From Bacteroidota bacterium (GTDB lineage: Bacteria; Bacteroidota; Bacteroidia; NS11-12g; UBA955), in assembly GCA_963169345.1 (NCBI GenBank), contig CAUJCT010000058.1:23889-87888 (forward strand): a stretch of 64,000 nt of DNA, in the 5' to 3' direction. Of the stretch, positions 8,776 through 16,961 are shown one piece after another. A program made the position numbers and the translations under genes. Every line of letters begins with the position of its first letter. The first letter of the stretch is position 1. The notes beneath the pieces are model-generated. The model had not been told where the DNA came from, searched no databases, and saw nothing but the letters and a program-made list of their open reading frames with translations.

Positions 8776-10077
8776 TTATTTTTTCATTGAGTTACAACTG
8801 ATGGTCGCCAGCAATTCATCATACTGCATGAACTGATTCTTATTGTAAACCATAATGTGATAGTCGTTTTCAGTATTGCTGTGATTGCCTTCAGTGTATT
8901 GCAGGTCGGCTGCTTTCTTGGCATCTGCAGTCACATAAAAGTAGTTGTAATACGCTTGTTTTAACATCACCATTTTCTCGTACTCCTGACTTTTTTCATT
9001 CCACTCCATTTTAAATTCGTCTTTCAACTGCCAGTCAGTTAGCTCTCCAAAAATGTAAATATCTTTATCCAGTTTATCGGAAGTAAAAGTGAAGTGAACT
9101 GCAGCATAATCACTTTCAATTTCACCTTTAATAGCATTGTCTCTGTTGTCTACAACCATCTTTCCGTTGAAGTCGATTGTTTGCAAATAAGTTTGACTCA
9201 CTCTGGTTGCATCTCTGTAAAGTACCGCGTGTTTTAAACGTCCTTCAAGGTATTTGTTTCTGACATTAAAACTCAGGAATCTCAAATTTCTGATATCAAA
9301 ATATCTGAACTCATTGCCTCCCAAAAACACATTGCCGGATTCGTAGTTGTAGTCGAGTATTTTACCATTGACAAAACGCGGTTTCAAGTCGAAAATAGCG
9401 TTGTCCCATCTCAGATTCTGCATAATGGTCGCCTTCACATCAATCAATGGATTGGCTACGACATTATCTCCTGTGTTAACACTAAAATCAATTTCCTGTG
9501 AAGTGAACCTCTCGCTGGGATTTGTTGCAATTTTAGGTGAAGGGGTGATGATGTACTTATCATCTACCACCATAAATCTTCTGGTTAATACAATATCACT
9601 CTCATCAAAATTTCTGTAAATCTTTATGATGTAATTGCCCGATAATTTAGGTTTCATGTCTGTAGTTGGAAATACGACATTGTAATGGGTATAAACCTGA
9701 AATGTATTGGTAGAAAACGAGTAATCGGTAATGTTTTCAAACATGTTACCGGTGATAAATTCGTTAGGTTTTAAATTGGAAGGCTTCCAGTCAGAAGAAC
9801 AATGAATGAAAGTGTACTGGTAATTGTCACTTTCGGGCATCATATCATCAAAAATCAATTGTAGCCTTTGATTGCTGTTGAGGTCGATAGCCGGAAAACG
9901 CTCGTAACTGCCTGCCTGACTTAGTAAAACCGTTTTAATATTCGATTCATAAGACATGTTGGTATATTGTATTGGCAGGTAAGCGGCATTGGCAGAATGG
10001 CAAAACCACAGGCTGATGGTCGTTAAAATCAAATGATTTAAATATCTGCCTGTTTGACTTCTTAGGGTGTTCTTCAT
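8776..10077 (-). CDS. DUF5103 family protein / T9SS plug protein
   Basis: 433 aa with a signal peptide. Motifs YTFIHCSSDW, FSTNTFQVYTHY, SGNYIIK, LGGNEFRYFD, LKQAYYNYFY, EGNHSNTENDY. Confidence 0.78.
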   Translation of the reverse strand: MKNTLRSQTGRYLNHLILTTISLWFCHSANAAYLPIQYTNMSYESNIKTVLLSQAGSYERFPAIDLNSNQRLQLIFDDMMPESDNYQYTFIHCSSDWKPSNLKPNEFITGNMFENITDYSFSTNTFQVYTHYNVVFPTTDMKPKLSGNYIIKIYRNFDESDIVLTRRFMVVDDKYIITPSPKIATNPSERFTSQEIDFSVNTGDNVVANPLIDVKATIMQNLRWDNAIFDLKPRFVNGKILDYNYESGNVFLGGNEFRYFDIRNLRFLSFNVRNKYLEGRLKHAVLYRDATRVSQTYLQTIDFNGKMVVDNRDNAIKGEIESDYAAVHFTFTSDKLDKDIYIFGELTDWQLKDEFKMEWNEKSQEYEKMVMLKQAYYNYFYVTADAKKAADLQYTEGNHSNTENDYHIMVYNKNQFMQYDELLATISCNSMKK

Positions 10078-10086
10078 TTCTTGGTG

Positions 10087-11985
10087 TTATAAACTTAACA
10101 GCTGTTCGAATATTGTCTCGAACTCCTGATTTTTACTTTCTATAGACTTTTCGAGTACAGAATACTGTTCAGAAAGTGTGCCAATTCTGTCCTGGTTGTC
10201 TTTATCCGAAATCTGCAACTCCAAAGTTTGCTTCTGGGATTTCAAATTTTCGATGTTAGCTTCTATCTCATCCAATTGCTTTTGCAACTGTTTCTTTATT
10301 TTATCATTGTCGGCATTCACTGTTTTAACAGGCTCTGCAACTTCTTTCTTCACTTGCTTAACTACCGGTGCTGCTTTCTGAATCTCTTTAGCTCTTTGCG
10401 ACATAAAGTACTTCCACTCTTCGTATGAACCTAAGTACTCTTTAATTTCATCATCCTCTATCCACCAGATTTTATTGGCTATTTGTGAAATGAAATAACG
10501 GTCGTGGGAGACTGTAATGAATGTACCTTCAAACTGCTGCAATGCCTGAATCAGAATATTCATACTCTGTATATCCAGGTGATTGGTAGGCTCGTCCAAC
10601 AACAGGAAATTAGCCTCATTGACCAATGCTTTAGCTAATGCGACACGCGCTTTTTCTCCTCCACTCAGTACTTTGATTTTTTTGTAAACATCATCACCGC
10701 TGAAAAGAAAACAACCCAGTATGGTACGCAACTCATTCTCCAATTTCTGAGAACCCATGTGAACCAGTTCTTCCAGAATCTCATGGTTGATATTCAGAGA
10801 TTCGAGCTGGTGCTGGGCGTAAAATGTTTTTTCTACATTGTACCCATATTCAACCATTCCTTCAATAGGCTCGCTCTTGTCGATGATTCTCAATAATGTC
10901 GATTTACCTTTACCATTAGCACCAATCAGGGCAATTTTATCCCCTCTTAATATTTGTGCATTGGCATGCTTGAAAATGACTTGTTCGCCATAAGCTTTGG
11001 TAACATCTTTCATAGTGACCAACACTTTACCCGGTTGCTGTCTTACCTTAAATCGAAGGTTCATGACAGATTCATCGTTCTGAACTTCTTCAATACGTTC
11101 AATTTTATCCAGCATCTTCATACGGCTTTGTGCCATAGTCGCTTTACTGGCCTTTGCTTTGAAACGTTCAATTAAACGCTCCTGCTGTTTGATGAATTGC
11201 TGTTGATTGTCGAAAGCACGCTGTTGCAGTTCATCTCTTTCAACTTTCAGTTCAAGAAACTTGCTGTAATTACCTGCCCATTGATACACTTTTTTATTGG
11301 CTACTTCTACAATTTTAGTGACCATACGGTCTAAAAACTGTCTGTCGTGTGATACGATGATTACCGTGCCGGGATAGGTTTGCAAATATTCTTCAATCCA
11401 CTCAATGGATGGTAAATCCAAGTGGTTGGTAGGCTCGTCGAGCAACAACAATTTAGGATTCTGAAGCAATAGTTTGGCCAGCATTACACGCATACGCCAA
11501 CCTCCGCTGAACTCGCATAATGGTCTTTGCAAATCGGCAGTTTTAAAACCCAGTCCTTCTAAAATTTCCTCTGTTTTAAACTGAATGTTATATCCATCCA
11601 GTGCTTCAAATTGCTCTTGCTTTTCACCGAGTAAATTGAGTATCTCTTCCGAATGGTCGGTTTCCATTCTCTGTATGATGTCGTCAATTTCTGTTTGTAG
11701 TTTTAAAGCTTTATCAAAAGCCTGAAGCGCCACATGGTAAATACTTTCATTGCTCTCGTAGCTGAGCAAGTCCTGATTAAGAAATCCTATAGTACAATCT
11801 TTGGCTTTGGATAAAGCCCCTTCTGTAGGTTGATATTCACCGGTAATTATTCGAAGTAAAGTTGATTTACCTGTACCATTCTGACCGACAAGACCAATGC
11901 GTTCACCCGGCTTTATCTGCCAGTTGACATCCTTATACAGGTAACGACCACCAAAGTCGAAAGACAAATCATTTAACGTAAGCAT
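10087..11985 (-). CDS. ABC-F family ATPase (translation-factor type)
   Basis: Two ABC domains (GQNGTGKST, GANGKGKST, FSGGWRMR, LSGGEKAR, LLDEPTNHLD twice), no TM segments, C-terminal coiled coil. Start moved to the ATG at 11985, which follows a TACCTTTG box (11994-12001). Confidence 0.93.
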   Translation of the reverse strand: MLTLNDLSFDFGGRYLYKDVNWQIKPGERIGLVGQNGTGKSTLLRIITGEYQPTEGALSKAKDCTIGFLNQDLLSYESNESIYHVALQAFDKALKLQTEIDDIIQRMETDHSEEILNLLGEKQEQFEALDGYNIQFKTEEILEGLGFKTADLQRPLCEFSGGWRMRVMLAKLLLQNPKLLLLDEPTNHLDLPSIEWIEEYLQTYPGTVIIVSHDRQFLDRMVTKIVEVANKKVYQWAGNYSKFLELKVERDELQQRAFDNQQQFIKQQERLIERFKAKASKATMAQSRMKMLDKIERIEEVQNDESVMNLRFKVRQQPGKVLVTMKDVTKAYGEQVIFKHANAQILRGDKIALIGANGKGKSTLLRIIDKSEPIEGMVEYGYNVEKTFYAQHQLESLNINHEILEELVHMGSQKLENELRTILGCFLFSGDDVYKKIKVLSGGEKARVALAKALVNEANFLLLDEPTNHLDIQSMNILIQALQQFEGTFITVSHDRYFISQIANKIWWIEDDEIKEYLGSYEEWKYFMSQRAKEIQKAAPVVKQVKKEVAEPVKTVNADNDKIKKQLQKQLDEIEANIENLKSQKQTLELQISDKDNQDRIGTLSEQYSVLEKSIESKNQEFETIFEQLLSL

Positions 11986-12096
11986 GAAACGTGCAAAGGT
12001 AATGAAAATACGCCGAAAGAGAAAGCCATATCCGTTATAAGATTTCTCTATAAACCGCAAGCGTATTTGTTGCAACAAATTTCCTAATTTTGCGAC

Positions 12097-12729
12097 ATGA
12101 AAATTGAAATCTGGAGTGATGTTGCTTGTCCTTTTTGCTATATCGGCAAAAGACGATTGGAACAGGCATTGGAGCAGTTTGAACACAAGGACGAGGTAGA
12201 AATAGAATGGAAAAGTTATTTATTGAATCCGGATTTGAAACCTGAATCGGGTCAATCATTATATGAATATCTTTCTAAAGCTAAAGGATGGTCTATGGAC
12301 TATACCATAAAAGCCAATCAACAGGTATTGGAAATGGCTAAAGAAGTGGGTCTTGAATACCAGCTGGACAAAGTGCGCATAGCCAATACGACCGATGCTC
12401 ACCGAATCATTCAGCTTGCCAAACAAAAGGGTTTGGGTGCGCAAATTGAAGAGGCTTTTTTTGATGCTTACTTCACTAAAGGTGCGGATCTCGGCGACCA
12501 CGATGTATTGGTGGATATAGCAGTACGTGTCGGATTAAACGAGACTGAAGCAAGACAAGTTTTGGAAAACCAATTGCTGAACGACAAAATCAGTCAGGAC
12601 ATCTATGAATCGACTCAAATCGGCGTTCGTGGAGTGCCCTTTTTTGTTTTCGACAACAAGTATGGCATTTCAGGGGCACAGCCTTTGGAAGTCTTTACAA
12701 GGACGCTTGAACAAACATATGGGAAATAG
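12097..12729 (+). CDS. DsbA family oxidoreductase (FrnE-like)
   Basis: MKIEIWSDVACPFCYIGKRR and GVRGVPFF motifs. Confidence 0.92.
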   Translation: MKIEIWSDVACPFCYIGKRRLEQALEQFEHKDEVEIEWKSYLLNPDLKPESGQSLYEYLSKAKGWSMDYTIKANQQVLEMAKEVGLEYQLDKVRIANTTDAHRIIQLAKQKGLGAQIEEAFFDAYFTKGADLGDHDVLVDIAVRVGLNETEARQVLENQLLNDKISQDIYESTQIGVRGVPFFVFDNKYGISGAQPLEVFTRTLEQTYGK

Positions 12730-12735
12730 CAAAAA

Positions 12736-13699
12736 GCTGAACGCTGCGCTGCTGAAAGGCTGAAAAGCTGAATCGCGTCGCCGTTGAGTTGTTAAGTTGT
12801 TAAGTGCTGCGCTGTTAAGTCGTTGAGTTGTTAAGTCGTTGAGTTGTAGAGTTTGTCGATATGCTTTAAGATTCTCTTAATGTATATCTCGTAGCATTCT
12901 TGTCGCTTTCGTAGGCGTCGTCGATTTATCGCGACGCTCCTGAAGTTTGAATTCTTATGATTGTCGATAAACTAGAAGTTTATCCTCAATCCGGCTTCTG
13001 TGTCTTCCAGTTTGCGTAAGCAAACCTTGGCCGTGTCAATCCCGTACCTACGGGATAAAATTTCTGCGTATTCTGTGTTTTCTTTCCTTATTCTGTGATC
13101 TACCTCTTCATATACCCACCGTTCTTTTTAACGCAGAACTCGCAGATAAAAGATATTATAATAAATTATACTTGGTAAAATTTCTAGATTTGTCTTTAAT
13201 CATTTTCGAACTATCCGCATTAAGCGGAGGGATTAACGCTGATAGATTTCGGAAAGTTCTAAGTTATCAAGACCAGTGAGCTTCTTCTTTATAGTTATCC
13301 AACAGAATGTATCCCGTATCATAAGGGACGGGACTGGACATTCCATAATCTCTTCTACCGCGACACAATTCAGCTTTTAAGCCTTTCAGCAATTCAGCAG
13401 TTTTCCCTTCTGTGTCTTCCTGTTTGCGCAAGCAAACCAATTGCCGTGTCAAATGAAAAAAAATTTCTGCGTTTTTTGCGTTTTCCGCTCCAATTCTGCG
13501 ATCTACCTCACGTTGGCATCCGTGTGTTCCAGTTTGCGCCAGCAAACCAATTGCCGTGTCAAAGGAAAAAATCTTTTCTGTGTGCTCTGTGTGTTCTTTC
13601 CTCGTTCTGCGACCTACCTCCCCTCAACTCCCCATTCCACAATCATCATCCCAACAACTCACCCCACGACTTAACGACATTTCGACTTAACGACTTAAC
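12736..13699. repeat. Composite intergenic repeat, copy B (nested, with a unique ~260 bp insert)
   Basis: GCTGAA-type octamers 12736-12773, GTTAAGTC array 12783-12853, hairpin 12915-12938, core 13005-13039, insert 13110-13368, inverted TTCAGC array 13369-13398, cores 13417-13452 and 13527-13562, inverted GACTTAAC array 13666-13699. Confidence 0.92.
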
Positions 13700-13705
13700 T
13701 GCCCC

Positions 13706-14413
13706 CTATCCTTTACACCCCTTCTTGCACTTCTTACCTTTCATACAATCCTGACAAACGACAAAGATATTGTCCGCGAATTTTCGACTCACACTCGAAA
13801 CTTTGCCTTCCACTTCTATTTGCAATAGCTCATCATAAGCATTGCGCGATATAACTTTTATGACGTTGTTAATGCCCAATCCAACACTGATGACATACTG
13901 TAAAAATGGAGCCGAATTGTCTTTAACCGCTACCATCATACATCTCTCTCCGGGTGTCATATCCGATAAGCAGACTTTATACTTGATTTTCATCTCGCCC
14001 TTGGCATTCGGTATCACATCACCATGTGGATCAAATTCAGGATAATCAAGAAATTTATCCAGTTTTTCTATGAGCTTCGAACTTTGAATATGCTCTAATT
14101 GCTCCGCTACTTCATGCACTTCGTCCCAGGCAAATCCCAATTTCACACATAAAAATGTCTCCCATAAACGGTGCTTGCGCAAGACTTCTACACCCGATTT
14201 CTCCCCCGCTTTGGTTAATTTTATTTTGCCGTATTTCTCGTAATCAATCAGCTTTTTATCCTTGAGCTTCTTCAGCATATCGTTCACTGTTGCCGGTTTT
14301 ACACCTAAATGTGCCGCCAGTTCATTAGTGCCGGCTTCCTTCTTTTCCAGCGTCTCACGTGTCAACTGAAACAAGGCTTTCAGATAATTTTCTTCGGTAT
14401 ACGAAAGTACCAT
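13706..14413 (-). CDS. mntR: DtxR/MntR family metal-dependent regulator with FeoA domain and Cys-rich tail
   Basis: Motifs TEENYLKALF, VKPATVNDMLKKL, LRKHRLWETFL, VHEVAEQLEH, FDPHGDVIP. Start placed at MVLSY (14413), 4 nt after TATTTTTG. Confidence 0.88.
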   Translation of the reverse strand: MVLSYTEENYLKALFQLTRETLEKKEAGTNELAAHLGVKPATVNDMLKKLKDKKLIDYEKYGKIKLTKAGEKSGVEVLRKHRLWETFLCVKLGFAWDEVHEVAEQLEHIQSSKLIEKLDKFLDYPEFDPHGDVIPNAKGEMKIKYKVCLSDMTPGERCMMVAVKDNSAPFLQYVISVGLGINNVIKVISRNAYDELLQIEVEGKVSSVSRKFADNIFVVCQDCMKGKKCKKGCKG

Positions 14414-14437
14414 TTTGCAAAAATACAAAAAAATATC

Positions 14438-14475
14438 AAACTATATTTGTTAGACTCATCTAACTTTTGTAGTTT
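14438..14475. promoter_or_regulatory. Candidate MntR/DtxR operator in the divergent mntR / TonB receptor promoter
   Basis: AAACTA-TATTT-GTTAGA-CTCA-TCTAAC-TTTTG-TAGTTT. Core GTTAGAnnnnTCTAAC at 14449-14464, abutting the TAGTTTTG -7 box (14470-14477). Confidence 0.65.
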
Positions 14476-14499
14476 TGAACCCGAAACAGAAAGTCTTAT

Positions 14500-16791
14500 A
14501 TGCGCCTATTTTTAAAAATTATACTATATTTATTGTTCTATTTTATCTCCAGTAATCAGTCGGTGAGCCAAACTGTTACAGGGAAAGTCCTTTTTAGAAA
14601 TAAACCGCTCAACCATATTGAAATCTCGATTAGCGGTAAAATTGACACCTCAGTTTTTACAAATCCTTCAGGTAATTTTGCCTTACATATTCAAGATACC
14701 GGTGAATATATACTGGAATTGCATTCAGAGTTATACGCAGCCAATAAGCAAAAAATTAAAGTATCATCCGACTCAACCTATCATGTGGTATTTATCACAG
14801 AATACATTTCCGACTACGTTGGAGCAACAGTCAAGACAGGTACCATGCGCTCAGTGAACCGATTGAGAAGTCCGATATTGGTAGAACTCTACAGTCCGGC
14901 TTTTTTCAAGCGCAATCCCAGTTCCAATATATTCGAGGCCTTACAAAACATCAATGGTATACGACCACAAGTCAATTGCAATGTCTGTAACACCGGAGAT
15001 ATACATATTAATGGTTTGGAAGGACCATATACCATGGTACTTATTGATGGCATGCCTATAGTCAGTAGCTTATCGACCGTATACGGATTGTTTGGCATCC
15101 CTAACGCTATAATTTCAAGGGTGGAAGTAGTGCGTGGACCTTCTTCTTCCCTCTATGGAAGCGAAGCAGTTGGAGGTCTCATCAATATCATTACCAAATC
15201 ACCTTCTAACTCTCCTAAATTTTCAATTGACTTTCTCGCTAATTCATGGGGTGAAATAAATGTAGATATCGCCTTTAAAAAGAGCTTCTCCAAACGCCTG
15301 CACGTTCTAAACGGTATTAATTACTTCAACTATTCTCTGCCAACTGATAAGAATGGAGATGGATTTACAGACATCGCTCTTCAGAACAGAATTTCAATAT
15401 TTCAAAAATGGACTTTAAACCGCAAAAATGCGGAAAAACAATTCAATCTGGCCGCGCGGTATTTGTACGAAGACCGATGGGGTGGTCAAATGAAGTGGAA
15501 CCGCGAATTCAGAGGAGGAGACAGTTTATATGGAGAGAGCATCTACACTTCAAGAGTGGAACTTTTAGGTGAATACGATTTACCAACCTGCTTGCCATTA
15601 AAATTCAGTTTCAGCATGAACCGTCATCATCAAAACAGTTTTTACGGAACTACTTCTTTCAATGCTGTGCAGGCTATAGGATTTGGACAACTGGTTATGG
15701 ATACTCAGATTAACAATCACGCTATCTTGGCGGGCATCACTTACAGAAAAACATATTACGATGACAATACTGTTGCAACTCAGTTCAGCGATTCGACAAG
15801 AACTGAAAACAGAGCTCAAAACATTGATTTACCCGGTGTATTCCTTCAGGATGAAATTGAATTAAAGAACAAACAAAGTCTGCTGTTTGGATTGCGCTAC
15901 GACCATCACAAAGTTCATGGTTCCATATTTTCACCTCGAATAGCATATATCAAAAATTTCAGTCTGGGTAGCTCTGTCAGAGTCAATCTCGGTAAAGGAT
16001 TCAGAGTAGTCAACTTATTTACCGAAGACCATGCAGCTTTAACAGGCGCAAGAACAGTTGTAATAAAAAACGAATTGAAACCTGAGAATTCATACAATGC
16101 ATCTGTCAGTTTGATGCATAAAATTTCGGGATCAAACAGAAATCTGTTAACCATTGAACTCAATAATTTCTATACCTATTTCGACAATAGAATCATTGCA
16201 GATTACAGCGACCCTAATAAAATTCAATACGATAATTTAAGTGGTTATTCAATCAGCCGAGGGGCAAACTTAAACCTCGAATACACCCATCAAAGAAACT
16301 GGCTGGCTACATTAGGCGTCACTGTCATGGATGTGTATGCAATCAATAATCAAAATAAAATCAGACCACTGCTCACTGAAAGATTTTCAGGCACCTGGTC
16401 ACTGACCCGCAAAATTAAAAAGATACTTGTCATAGACTATACCGGTAATTTGTATTCACCAATGTTGTTGCCGACCTTAGGAAGTCTCGACCCAAGACCA
16501 AAAGAATCGCCCTGGTGGAGTATTCAAAATCTGAAATTCACTTATGACAGAAACAAGCAAACCAAACTGTTCTTTGGTGTTAAAAACATATTGAACTGGA
16601 CGCCATGGAAAAGTGCACCTTTTATCATTGCAAGAGCCAACGATCCATTTGACAAACAGATAACAACTGATGCTAACGGACAAATTCTTGCAACGCCTAA
16701 CAATCCTTATGCACTAAGCTTTGATCCAAGTTATGTCTATGCACCCAACCAGGGAAGAAGATTATTTATTGGTTTCAATTATACTTTCTGA
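14500..16791 (+). CDS. TonB-dependent outer membrane receptor, probably for metal uptake
   Basis: 763 aa. CarboxypepD-like N-domain, plug motifs GPYTMVLIDGMPI and RVEVVRGPSSSLYGSEAVGGLINIIT, CNVCNTG motif, terminal aromatic barrel strand (IGFNYTF). Divergent from mntR. Confidence 0.92.
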   Translation: MRLFLKIILYLLFYFISSNQSVSQTVTGKVLFRNKPLNHIEISISGKIDTSVFTNPSGNFALHIQDTGEYILELHSELYAANKQKIKVSSDSTYHVVFITEYISDYVGATVKTGTMRSVNRLRSPILVELYSPAFFKRNPSSNIFEALQNINGIRPQVNCNVCNTGDIHINGLEGPYTMVLIDGMPIVSSLSTVYGLFGIPNAIISRVEVVRGPSSSLYGSEAVGGLINIITKSPSNSPKFSIDFLANSWGEINVDIAFKKSFSKRLHVLNGINYFNYSLPTDKNGDGFTDIALQNRISIFQKWTLNRKNAEKQFNLAARYLYEDRWGGQMKWNREFRGGDSLYGESIYTSRVELLGEYDLPTCLPLKFSFSMNRHHQNSFYGTTSFNAVQAIGFGQLVMDTQINNHAILAGITYRKTYYDDNTVATQFSDSTRTENRAQNIDLPGVFLQDEIELKNKQSLLFGLRYDHHKVHGSIFSPRIAYIKNFSLGSSVRVNLGKGFRVVNLFTEDHAALTGARTVVIKNELKPENSYNASVSLMHKISGSNRNLLTIELNNFYTYFDNRIIADYSDPNKIQYDNLSGYSISRGANLNLEYTHQRNWLATLGVTVMDVYAINNQNKIRPLLTERFSGTWSLTRKIKKILVIDYTGNLYSPMLLPTLGSLDPRPKESPWWSIQNLKFTYDRNKQTKLFFGVKNILNWTPWKSAPFIIARANDPFDKQITTDANGQILATPNNPYALSFDPSYVYAPNQGRRLFIGFNYTF

Positions 16792-16935
16792 TGGCCTAAG
16801 TTGAATACTCATTGCTAAGTAAATTAAATCAATGTCAATTTTCAATCTGTCTGAAAACTAGACATATAGTCATTTCTACCACATTAAGACAATTTCACTC
16901 AATCTTAAAATTCAGTAATTCAGCTTAATATTGCA

Positions 16936-16960
16936 CTTAAGTAGAATCATTCTAATTAAG
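16936..16960. promoter_or_regulatory. 25 bp palindrome immediately before the ATG of 16962..17825
   Basis: CTTAAGTAGAAT-C-ATTCTAATTAAG, with one mismatched pair. Confidence 0.5.
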
Positions 16961-16961
16961 C

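Noticed and set aside
10087-12186. Long N-terminal extensions in the ORF track (ABC-F 12186, padR 5130, ribBA 22219, ppiD 43277, ELWxxDGT 58019, 62716)
   Set aside because: Extensions overlap promoters or neighbouring genes. Downstream ATGs match family N-termini and, in several cases, -7 box positions.
13417-13620. Type III toxin-antitoxin RNA array or TIGR-type guide array
   Set aside because: No downstream toxin, nuclease or Nop-domain gene, no terminator-toxin layout, no box C/D-like motifs, and the unit length does not fit.
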